From positions 120,001 through 152,000 of the forward strand of contig NC_009954.1 of assembly GCF_000018305.1 (NCBI RefSeq): a DNA stretch of 32,000 nucleotides, read 5' to 3'. Of the stretch, positions 20,661-28,778 are shown piece after piece. Within the stretch, counting starts at the first letter, position 1; each line of letters opens with the position of its first letter. The notes under the pieces were generated by a model, which saw only the letters and a program-made list of their open reading frames with translations, was not told where the DNA came from and made no database searches. The DNA comes from Caldivirga maquilingensis IC-167. Lineage in GTDB: Archaea > Thermoproteota > Thermoprotei > Thermoproteales > Thermocladiaceae. A program made the translations under genes and the position numbers.

Positions 20661-22022
20661 ATGGTGGATTTTGAATATATCGAGGAATTCATAGTAAACA
20701 GAATGAGGGAGACCAGGATCCCAGGACTTAGCGTGGGCATAGTCAAGGAAAATGAATTAATTTACGCAAGAGGCTTTGGGTTCAGGAACTTGGAAAGAGG
20801 ACTGCCGGCAACCCCCGGTACTATTTATGGTATCGGATCAGTAACTAAGAGCTTTACCGCATTGTCTATACTGAGGCTTGCCGAGGAGGGTAGGTTGAGT
20901 CTTGAGGATCCCGTGGATAAGTACATACAACTTAAGCTTAGGATCTCTGGAGAACCAGTCAAGATACATCACTTATTAACACACACCAGTGGAATACCCG
21001 CACTGGGTTATGCCGAGGCCTTCATAAACGGGGCCCTGGGGTTAGACAGTAACTGGTTACCGGTATCGTCGGCGGATGACGTCATGGTATTCATGAGGGG
21101 CTATGAGGACTGGGTTGTATCAAGGCCAGGTGAGAGGTTCTTTTACCTTAATGAAGGCTACGTACTCCTGGGCCACGTGGTGAGTAAAGTTAGCGGTATC
21201 CCTTACGAGACCTATGTTACGCAGCACATACTCAAGCCCCTTGGGATGAACAGAACATACTTCAACGCAGAGGAAGTCTCCAGGGACTCCGACGTGGCTA
21301 CACCGTACATACTGGATAGGAAGGGTAGGCATATACCCAGTAGGTTCCCCTTCGGGATAACGGCAGATGGTGGGTTGTTAAGCAACGTCATTGACATGTC
21401 TAGATACATCACAATGCTCATGAATAGAGGTGTGCTTAATGATGTGAGGATAGTGAGTAAGGATTACCTGGAACTTGCAGAGAGGAGGTACATCAACGTG
21501 CCCTGGAGGATAATTGGTGATGAGGGTTATGGCTATGGGTTGATAGTTAGTGAGAACTTCTTTGGTAGAAAGCTCGTGCAGCATAGTGGGAATGTCCTTG
21601 TTTACACAGCGTACATGGCCTACCTACCCAGTGATAGGTTAGGTGTGGTAATCATGAGTAACGCCGAGGGGTACTCCATGATGAAAATGGGCATTTACAT
21701 ATTAACAAGGCTCGTGGGCCACGAGCCCAGGGAACTATGGGCATTTAAACTAGAGGATACGTTGAGGAGACTGGAGGGTGTTTATGAAGCGTATAACGGT
21801 ACCGTGAGGGTTTCCGTGAAGGCACGGGGTGACTTCCTAGTGATTAAAAGCTCCACGAGGTACACCGAGGAATCAACAATACTAATCCCAGAGGAGGTGA
21901 GCGGTGACTATGCACGATTCTACACATTACTTTACGGAGCCAAGGTACCCGTGGAGTTCACTATAAAGGGAGGTAAAATATACATGACGTATGAAAGATA
22001 CGTATTCATAAAGAGAGAGTAA
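20661..22022 (+). CDS. Beta-lactamase-family serine hydrolase (class C / family VIII esterase / DD-peptidase-like)
   Basis: The S-x-x-K motif is GIGSVTKSF. The Y-x-N motif is FYLNEGY. An H-x-G-type third motif is VQHSGN. The ORF is 453 aa. Confidence 0.85.
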   Translation: MVDFEYIEEFIVNRMRETRIPGLSVGIVKENELIYARGFGFRNLERGLPATPGTIYGIGSVTKSFTALSILRLAEEGRLSLEDPVDKYIQLKLRISGEPVKIHHLLTHTSGIPALGYAEAFINGALGLDSNWLPVSSADDVMVFMRGYEDWVVSRPGERFFYLNEGYVLLGHVVSKVSGIPYETYVTQHILKPLGMNRTYFNAEEVSRDSDVATPYILDRKGRHIPSRFPFGITADGGLLSNVIDMSRYITMLMNRGVLNDVRIVSKDYLELAERRYINVPWRIIGDEGYGYGLIVSENFFGRKLVQHSGNVLVYTAYMAYLPSDRLGVVIMSNAEGYSMMKMGIYILTRLVGHEPRELWAFKLEDTLRRLEGVYEAYNGTVRVSVKARGDFLVIKSSTRYTEESTILIPEEVSGDYARFYTLLYGAKVPVEFTIKGGKIYMTYERYVFIKRE

Positions 22023-22094
22023 AGGAATGAGGTTATTCAATCACATAAAAATGAAAGAAAAATTATAAAGAATATAACAATACACAGTACTTGT

Positions 22095-23792
22095 ATGGCA
22101 GGAAAAATGCCCAATAAATGGGTAAGCCGCGTCAAGGCTCTGTTAGTGATTATACTGGTTATGGCAGTGGCTTCAATACTCATGTCACTACTCATTACTG
22201 TTAAGGCCCAACCCGCACCAATACAGTCAGTCAGGGTTAGCACTGGCGTGTTATCCTACTACGAATCACTACCATCCACTGCGCCGGGCATTGTAATTAG
22301 GGTTTACTTAATCAATGGTTCAACAATAAAACCCGCCAACGCCTTCGTAAGCATCTACGCAAACCTACCCAACGGAATCATACCCATGATTCACGCGTAC
22401 GGTAGCGTGGTAACACTACCCTTCAGTGATAATGCGTGGTCCTTCGTAATCAATAAGTGGCTGGGCACGGGCATGCCGGTGGGTAGCTACAATACATCAC
22501 TCCTAGTCTTCACAACATACGTGAGTGGTAATAAGTCCTGGATCGTACCCATGCTCATCCCATACAACGTTGGTTGGGTCCTAACCTCCAGGGGTGTTGG
22601 GATTACCACGGTTGGTTCGGCCACGCCCAGGTTCGTCGTGGCTGCCATATACATCAACGTGACTGGGATCAAGCCATTCAGTGTTGTGAGGGTGAGTGCC
22701 GTGGGTAAGCAAGACCCACAGATCCTCGGTACCTACGATGGCTACGTACTCTATAACTGCTCAGTAAGCGGGCCGCAACCAGAGATCCACGTATCATCAC
22801 CCTATGAGTTTATACCAGAGAGTACCTGCCTGGGTATAAATGGTTCATTACCACTGGTCTGGGTCACATGGAGTAATGGCGTTATACATAGGGATAGTAA
22901 CTTAGAGTTCTTTTTAGATGTTGGCTATATTGGTGTGATGCCCTGGGAGGCGGTGGCCACGGAATACGGTGAAGTAGGCCAGTCCTACAGTGCTAACGAG
23001 ACATGGGCACTGGCATTTCCAATATTCATGTCCTCCGTGAGGGGCCCTGGATCGTTTTACTGGGCATACAATGGTACGTGGGCGATTGTTAATTATAGTG
23101 TATGGTACGTGGACCCAATGACTGGCGTTACGGAGTATCTAGGTTCGGTGACGGTTTCCGAAGTCCTCTATGTACCCAGTCAGGAACCGGTGGAAGACGG
23201 TATTGATTATGGTAATGGGCCCATCAGCGTGTTGTACTATGGTGCAACCACCATATTTAATAAACTAATTGGTTACTCAGTATTGAATACATCATCAGTA
23301 ATTTACTACATAAACTTTATACCTAATCCATTGACCGGGGTTGAGGAGCTCTACGAGTGTAATGGCCCAGTCTCCATTGCATATATGGTGGGATCGAAGA
23401 CGGGGGCATTGTACTCCATTATCCTTGGCGGGGCCGAATCTGCCGTGAACACGGCCCAATTTGGCACGGGCCTTATGGCATATGTTGTGTCGCCACCATA
23501 TAATGCTATAGCAAATATTATATATGGTGCAATAGCAAATGAAATAACAGATATTATATTGACGGAGCTTGAAATAGCAGGTATCATACTACCACCATCG
23601 AACACTACCTTCATTCAAACATTTCTCGAGACGACTGGTATCAGTAACGGCACGCGCCTTTACATATCCGTCGTGATGACATCCAAACCCTTCGGGATAC
23701 CAACCTACGGCTTCATACTCAATACAACGAATTACTACGGAAATCCGCAGGAGTATACCTGCAGTTACGGTAAGGTGATGGTTATAGGTTAG
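22095..23792 (+). CDS. Large N-terminally anchored or secreted protein with many N-glycosylation sequons; function unknown
   Basis: 565-aa ORF with a basic N-terminus followed by a hydrophobic helix (RVKALLVIILVMAVASILMSLLI). It has at least 12 N-x-S/T sequons and a beta-rich, Tyr/Val/Asn-rich composition. I recognise no family motif. Confidence 0.65.
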   Translation: MAGKMPNKWVSRVKALLVIILVMAVASILMSLLITVKAQPAPIQSVRVSTGVLSYYESLPSTAPGIVIRVYLINGSTIKPANAFVSIYANLPNGIIPMIHAYGSVVTLPFSDNAWSFVINKWLGTGMPVGSYNTSLLVFTTYVSGNKSWIVPMLIPYNVGWVLTSRGVGITTVGSATPRFVVAAIYINVTGIKPFSVVRVSAVGKQDPQILGTYDGYVLYNCSVSGPQPEIHVSSPYEFIPESTCLGINGSLPLVWVTWSNGVIHRDSNLEFFLDVGYIGVMPWEAVATEYGEVGQSYSANETWALAFPIFMSSVRGPGSFYWAYNGTWAIVNYSVWYVDPMTGVTEYLGSVTVSEVLYVPSQEPVEDGIDYGNGPISVLYYGATTIFNKLIGYSVLNTSSVIYYINFIPNPLTGVEELYECNGPVSIAYMVGSKTGALYSIILGGAESAVNTAQFGTGLMAYVVSPPYNAIANIIYGAIANEITDIILTELEIAGIILPPSNTTFIQTFLETTGISNGTRLYISVVMTSKPFGIPTYGFILNTTNYYGNPQEYTCSYGKVMVIG

Positions 23793-24105
23793 GGGATAAT
23801 GACTTCATCGACCTATTACGCACTAATTCTCAAAATCCATGTGAAGTAGTAGGTCAATATTCTGCCCAAGCATTGGCTCATTGCCAATTTACCAAGCCCA
23901 TACCTAAGCTCATTGGTGTATTTATGAGGCCCCTTAATGAAAATACCCACACACTAGGGGCTTGGATTACAGTATTAATGATGGGGGAGCAACGATAAAG
24001 CATCATTAGTACTGCAAGAATCACACCACTCCACGTGGAGGATCCCAATGTGTAATGAATCTTTCAAGCGAAAGGCATAAAAACACGATTGGTACTTCAC
24101 ATACT

Positions 24106-24501
24106 ATGGAGTTGAGCGAGTTGATGAACCTGTTAATTAGTAGGGGTGTGGATTATGTGATGTCTCAATTACCAGGTTGGATTAGCAGGAGGGAGGTTTC
24201 AAGGGATGATGCAGAATTAATACTCATGTACGCAATTAGCAGTAGGCTTGATGAACTGGGCAAGAAGATTGATGATTTAAGTAAAAGAATCGATGACTTA
24301 AGTAAAAGAATTGACGTGAGATTCGATGAGTTGGGTAGGAAGATTGATGACCTACATAAGGAGGTTATTGATAGGTTAGACCTCATAAGTAATCAATTGA
24401 GGGTTCTGAATTCGAACATAGCAGCCACGTATGAGTTGACGTCAAAGGTTATGACTAAGTTAATGGAAAGCAGCCTAACACAGGCACCACCACGTTCATG
24501 A
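24106..24501 (+). CDS. Small coiled-coil protein containing a tandem heptad repeat; function unknown
   Basis: I prefer the ATG at 24106 (MELSELMNLL...) because a TATA-like gcataaaaac lies about 25 nt upstream. The central region is LDELGKKIDDLSKRIDDLSKRIDVRFDELGRKIDDLHKEVIDRLD. Confidence 0.6.
   Translation: MELSELMNLLISRGVDYVMSQLPGWISRREVSRDDAELILMYAISSRLDELGKKIDDLSKRIDDLSKRIDVRFDELGRKIDDLHKEVIDRLDLISNQLRVLNSNIAATYELTSKVMTKLMESSLTQAPPRS
24268..24309 (+). repeat. Two tandem 21-bp units (19/21 identical) encoding IDDLSKR-IDDLSKR, with a degenerate third unit following
   Basis: attgatgatttaagtaaaaga is followed by atcgatgacttaagtaaaaga, read directly from the sequence. Confidence 0.8.
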
Positions 24502-24815
24502 TGAATTACAAAAGCTGATTATACACTTTTTCATAACACAATCTAGGCCTATGTAAGCGATAAGCCAGTAAGTCAAGCCAGCCAGTGAGCCATACTGTAC
24601 GTTAGTGCGCACCCAAGCCTTCATGAAGGCCTCCGAGGATTGCAATGGCATTGCCAATGTTGAAGCTATAGACACTGGCTACCAATAAGCCAGCAACATA
24701 TCCGCTTAATTTATTATTCACAACCTGAGCATGTAGGTGTCGCTAATCGTTAATAAGAATCACTTGGCGCCATGGCCACAAAGTATTTATAGGAGTTAAG
24801 TAGGAAAATTAATTA

Positions 24816-25391
24816 ATGGGCTTAAGCACGTGGGTGCTTAATAGGATCACTTGGTTTTATGTGGGCTTCGTCTTCGTAAGCTTCGCATTACTCCTCTGGC
24901 TCTTCATAAGTGGTTACTTAACAATATACACGGGTCTACCATTGCCATACTTCATGCTCTACACAACGGGCAACGTAGCAATCACCGCCTTAGTCACCAT
25001 GATCGTAATCCTAGGCCTATATGTATACCTGGGCATTGTGCTAATACGCAGCGGCTTTAGTAGAGGTTACGTGCCGATAGGGTTCGTGGCATCAATAATA
25101 ATAGGCATGGTCCTAATCCTAACCGGGCAGTTCGTAGCCGCTGTGGTGTTCTTAATAATTGCCCTAGTATTACAAATCGGTAGCTACGCCGTGTTAACAA
25201 GCATAGCGACGAATAAGGTCTCCATGTACATGTGGTTAATAGGCGCATTACTGATATTGGCTGCGGCAATACTCACAATGATTAATAGGCTCCTCGTGAA
25301 CTACATAGAGGCAGTCATACAGTCACTATCAATACTAGCTTGTACAGTTGAGGTATGGTCAATAATGGGTAAACGAGACCGAATACGGTGA
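24816..25391 (+). CDS. Small polytopic membrane protein (about 6 TM); function unknown
   Basis: The 191-aa ORF is nearly all hydrophobic helices. A TATA-like aagtatttatagg lies about 25 nt upstream of the ATG. Confidence 0.65.
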   Translation: MGLSTWVLNRITWFYVGFVFVSFALLLWLFISGYLTIYTGLPLPYFMLYTTGNVAITALVTMIVILGLYVYLGIVLIRSGFSRGYVPIGFVASIIIGMVLILTGQFVAAVVFLIIALVLQIGSYAVLTSIATNKVSMYMWLIGALLILAAAILTMINRLLVNYIEAVIQSLSILACTVEVWSIMGKRDRIR

Positions 25392-25603
25392 TACTGGTGA
25401 TAAGTGTTGAGTTGATAGCTATGGAATTATGATTCGTCGAGTCATGATGTAAGGCCTTCTTAGCTGTGCATTAGGTAATGTGCTGGTGCTTGAATTAGGG
25501 AACGGTGGATACGTAATAAGCGCAGCAACCTTCACTGGCTATGGTACCCTCCATATCACTAATCATTTTATAAAAGTATAGTATATTACAGTTCCTTAGA
25601 ATA

Positions 25604-25845
25604 TTATTCGTACACATGTATAAATCGGTACTTATATTTAAGAAGTCGCACAACGCTTATTGATTTTAATTTCACAATGTAGTAATGCATTGACTCCCTG
25701 GCTTCCTCAACTATGTAGGTTACTATTAATGCATTAGTACTGAGGAGTGGGTGTGGCTCATGGACCTCAATTATACTTGTTGGTAGTAGGGCTATGATTT
25801 TATTGACCTTCTTAAACTCAGCTAGGTTAACTCCCACCAACGCAT
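25604..25845 (-). pseudogene. Decayed duplicate of the 5' end (promoter plus about 80 codons) of the creatininase-family gene
   Basis: The ATG at rc 25843-25845 gives MRWWELT, identical to 19313-20050, and then an in-frame TAG (rc of 25822-25824). A 1-nt deletion follows. After the frameshift the translation still aligns: AEFKKVNKIIALLPTSIIEVHEPHPLLSTNALIVTYIVEEA against PDFEKVDKTIAILPTGIVEAHGPHLPLGTDALMATYIAEEA. An internal deletion comes next. Promoter-region similarity extends to about 25890. Confidence 0.8.
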
Positions 25846-25847
25846 TA
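25825..25847. repeat. Right copy of the 23-nt perfect direct repeat
   Basis: Identical to 20030-20052 and in the same orientation, 5795 bp away. Confidence 0.85.
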
Positions 25848-25890
25848 TTAAGTCTTCTAAGTAAGCATTTAAGCTATTAATCAAGGAGTC

Positions 25891-26436
25891 TTAATCACTT
25901 AATTCATAAAGATCCTTATTCCAAGGCATTCTGGGTAGAAGCGCCATGTACACCGCCTCAGTATTCAAGTTAATCCTCTTAATTAACCCCCTGCTTAATA
26001 GGCCAATGAACCCGATTCCCTTACCTGCATTGGGAACCCCATAATACTTCTCAACAACATCATTAAGCTCCTTACCAGTCATTAACTCCCTCATAAATGC
26101 TGGCGGTATCATGAATGCTGGACTTAGCCCCAATGTGATTAAGCCTTTTCTATCAATCACCGCAGCCACTGTTACATCAAAATTCACATTGAAGGCACTT
26201 AACATTAATACACCGGCTTCAATACCGATGCCGTAGGTTGAGTCCTTAATTGAGCTAAGGGCATGCCTAGCCCTAACTACTGCACCATTAACAGTCGCCT
26301 CAAGACCCATTGGCTCCGGAGGTATGCCAGGTGGTGGATCCACCGCCTCAACTGTACCATTAATGTTAAGAATCCTTAAAGCCTCCTCAACAGCCTTAAC
26401 CTTACTTGGATTCCTTGAAGCCAAGGCCACCTTCAT
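25891..26436 (-). CDS. Inosine/xanthosine triphosphatase-like non-canonical purine NTPase (YjjX / DUF84 family)
   Basis: The N-terminus is MKVALASRNPSKVKAVEEAL. The blocks GIPPEPMGLEATVNGAVVRARHAL and YGIGIEAGV match the family pattern as I recall it from E. coli YjjX. A TATA-like aaatttaaagaag lies about 30 nt upstream on the minus strand. Confidence 0.8.
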   Translation of the reverse strand: MKVALASRNPSKVKAVEEALRILNINGTVEAVDPPPGIPPEPMGLEATVNGAVVRARHALSSIKDSTYGIGIEAGVLMLSAFNVNFDVTVAAVIDRKGLITLGLSPAFMIPPAFMRELMTGKELNDVVEKYYGVPNAGKGIGFIGLLSRGLIKRINLNTEAVYMALLPRMPWNKDLYELSD

Positions 26437-27207
26437 AAGCTTAATACTAGTTACCTTACCTTAACTTCTTTAAATTTGACCCACATTATTTAGGATTCAC
26501 TATTCACAAACATCATCTAGTTTACCGTTACTGGGTCAATCGAACACAAGACTAATGCCCTGTACCTCAAGTAAGGTATCGTTATACGATTGAGGACTCC
26601 TTAAAAGAATGCAACGCATCAATGTGCTACGTGTATCACGGTTAAGTGCGGAAAACCAAGAACACCATAATAGAAATGGGTGGTGGATCTTGTTCTTTAC
26701 GATGTTTTAAATTGATTTTCATTAATTACATGCTACATATCTCTGGATCCCATGTAAATGAGAATAATTGGATCGAAGGCCCAATTCATAATACACTGCT
26801 GAATAAATGAGACAGTATGAGAAACACCTACCGGCAATAAAGTAATAATAATAATAAAGGCAGTAAATCAATAAATCAACCCCTAGGACGAGGAGACCAG
26901 TAGGTATCTGCCCTTAATGGCCTTTTCCTAGGAATTATCCACAGTCCTATGAGCGATGAAGACACAATACTCCTCTGTCACGTAGTTTTTGTGAAGAATA
27001 AAAATTAAGAATTATTATAATTTAAAAACATAGTTAAAAATCATACTAATGTATTTAACTATAGCAATAAAAATAAAAGCGAACCAATCTATTACTCTCT
27101 AAGAAAATAGTTTAACCGTAAAATTTAAATAAAATAAGGTAAGGGCCTTTTTAAGGTACAATGTATTAAGCAGTGCAAATGTGCCGGCTCCATAATGATG
27201 GCTTAGT

Positions 27208-28002
27208 ATGAGTGCATTTAAAATCTTCCTTCTTATTTCCATACCCCTCATTTCATTATCCCTAATCCTAATATACGGCACGGCATTGATTGCACCCTCC
27301 ATAGTAAGGATCTCCACGCCTCAGAGCATGCCTTATGCCCAAGCTAGTAATGTCATTGTTAATGCCAGTGGGGTTTATGTGATCGTGAGTGTGGTAAATA
27401 ATGGTTTTAACTTCACGCCAACGAGCGGCTGGGTATTAATTGCGAACACTGGTGAGTTGGGTAATTTAACCATAATAAATGGAACACTGGCTGTGTCCAG
27501 GATGGGGCTGGAGCCTGGTTACGTGGTAATGAGCAGTGCAGGTGTGAGAGGGGTGGTCAAGGGTTACCTAGATGGGGCGCCTGCTGAGATAGCCTTCTTC
27601 AGCATAGTCCCAATTCACGTGGCCAATACGGTGGCCTTATCAAGCGTGAATTATAGTAATTGCGTACTAGTGCTTATCTTTAATGTATCATCAATAGTCC
27701 CCGTTAGGTTGTGGGGCATTGTCAACATGAGCCTATACACAGTGGTAGGTCATGAGTATGTCCTTAACACCATGAATGTGGTGTTTAATGAGAGTGTTTA
27801 TGTACCCGCTGGTGATCATACCGTTAACATAACAATCCCCATAATGCCATTCTATGACGTGGACAGGTTTATCTACGTGTATGATTGCAACCTTAAGGGT
27901 GATGTGGCGTATGCGCTCTACTTACCAATAAGCATTACTTATTATTACCCCACCGTGAACCAAACCGTGAACACCGTTATCTTCAAGTCCTTCACCGGGT
28001 GA
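27208..28002 (+). CDS. Envelope operon gene 1: N-terminally anchored extracellular beta-rich protein with many N-glycosylation sequons
   Basis: 264-aa ORF with an N-terminal hydrophobic helix (FKIFLLISIPLISLSLILIYGTALI). It has about 10 N-x-S/T sequons. Its stop TGA (28000-28002) overlaps the GTG of the next ORF (GTGA). Confidence 0.7.
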   Translation: MSAFKIFLLISIPLISLSLILIYGTALIAPSIVRISTPQSMPYAQASNVIVNASGVYVIVSVVNNGFNFTPTSGWVLIANTGELGNLTIINGTLAVSRMGLEPGYVVMSSAGVRGVVKGYLDGAPAEIAFFSIVPIHVANTVALSSVNYSNCVLVLIFNVSSIVPVRLWGIVNMSLYTVVGHEYVLNTMNVVFNESVYVPAGDHTVNITIPIMPFYDVDRFIYVYDCNLKGDVAYALYLPISITYYYPTVNQTVNTVIFKSFTG

Positions 28003-28778
28003 CTTCCATGAGACTCGAGGTCATGATTCAAGTGGTTCTGGCATTAGCCTTCGTGGTCTCCTGGTTCCTGCTGCCGATTTATGGCATTACAGGCCCTGGG
28101 TTAGCCATGGTTCTAACACCCGTGGGTTACGTGGTGGATTTCCTAGGCCTGAGATACCTCGTGGTTCCACCAACAATATTCGCAATATGGCTCTTTGCCC
28201 TAACGTCATCACTAATACCCATTGTTTGGAGGAGCACTAGATACCCACTCTACCTCTCACTACTCCTCGCTGTTCTCTCGATGACCATGCTTACTGACAC
28301 AATTCTCTTCCAGTGGCGATACATGACGGTGAGGGGCTACGTAATACAACCAACACCCACGGGTTACATCTATGTTCAACTACACCACACGCCAAGCCTG
28401 AGTCTGCCGTTTTACATACTGGTGATTTACCTAGTACTAACGCTTGTCAATACCGTGACCAGGGCTAAATGGTTGAGGTTTAGGGAGTGGAGTATTGTTG
28501 AGGTTTACCAAACAAGGGGCACTATGACTGCCATTAAGGAGTCCCTAAGGAGGCTTGGGATACCTTATGAGGAGTTTGATGATGGTATTAGGGTTGGTGA
28601 CTTAATTATTAAGGAGGTTCATGGCATGATAACAATAAGCAGGGTAGGCAGAAACCCCATGGCAACCGATGAGATTCAAGGGTTAAGTCCTGAGGAGGCT
28701 ATTGCCGTAGTGATAACACACGCAGTTCAGTATGCATTTAAGACTGGGTCCAGGGTGGTTGAGTATGAAGGTGAGTAA
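27999..28778 (+). CDS. Envelope operon gene 2: polytopic membrane protein (about 5 TM) with a soluble C-terminal domain of about 95 aa
   Basis: 259-aa ORF. The start is either the GTG at 27999 (4-nt overlap with gene 1) or the ATG at 28008. Hydrophobic helices run through about aa 160. A charged soluble tail then follows (RFREWSIVEVYQTRGTMTAIKESLRRLGIPYEEFDDG...). Confidence 0.7.
   Translation: MTSMRLEVMIQVVLALAFVVSWFLLPIYGITGPGLAMVLTPVGYVVDFLGLRYLVVPPTIFAIWLFALTSSLIPIVWRSTRYPLYLSLLLAVLSMTMLTDTILFQWRYMTVRGYVIQPTPTGYIYVQLHHTPSLSLPFYILVIYLVLTLVNTVTRAKWLRFREWSIVEVYQTRGTMTAIKESLRRLGIPYEEFDDGIRVGDLIIKEVHGMITISRVGRNPMATDEIQGLSPEEAIAVVITHAVQYAFKTGSRVVEYEGE

Noticed and set aside
24498-24518. C/D-box sRNA-like half motif (AUGAUGA-10 nt-CUGA) at the stop codon of the coiled-coil gene, and a similar minus-strand AUGAUGA...CUGA near 20120-20146
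   Set aside because: Neither has a recognisable C' box and terminal D box at the correct spacing. The guide lengths are off (8-10 nt). The motifs are short enough to occur by chance in AT-rich DNA.
26843-26857. (TAA)5 microsatellite
   Set aside because: It is real but short, and unremarkable within a roughly 70% AT non-coding stretch. It is mentioned only within the finding on the non-coding gap.
26985-27135. AT-rich block considered as a replication origin (DNA unwinding element)
   Set aside because: I found no flanking inverted ORB (origin recognition box) or mini-ORB-type repeats. The only feature is a weak 8-nt ggcctttt recurrence. No orc1/cdc6 or whiP gene is nearby. A promoter, 5' UTR or decayed DNA is more parsimonious.
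27099-27317. 72-aa minus-strand ORF overlapping the start of envelope operon gene 1
   Set aside because: It is antisense to a well-supported signal-anchor coding region and extends into the AT-rich gap. The low-complexity translation suggests an artefact.
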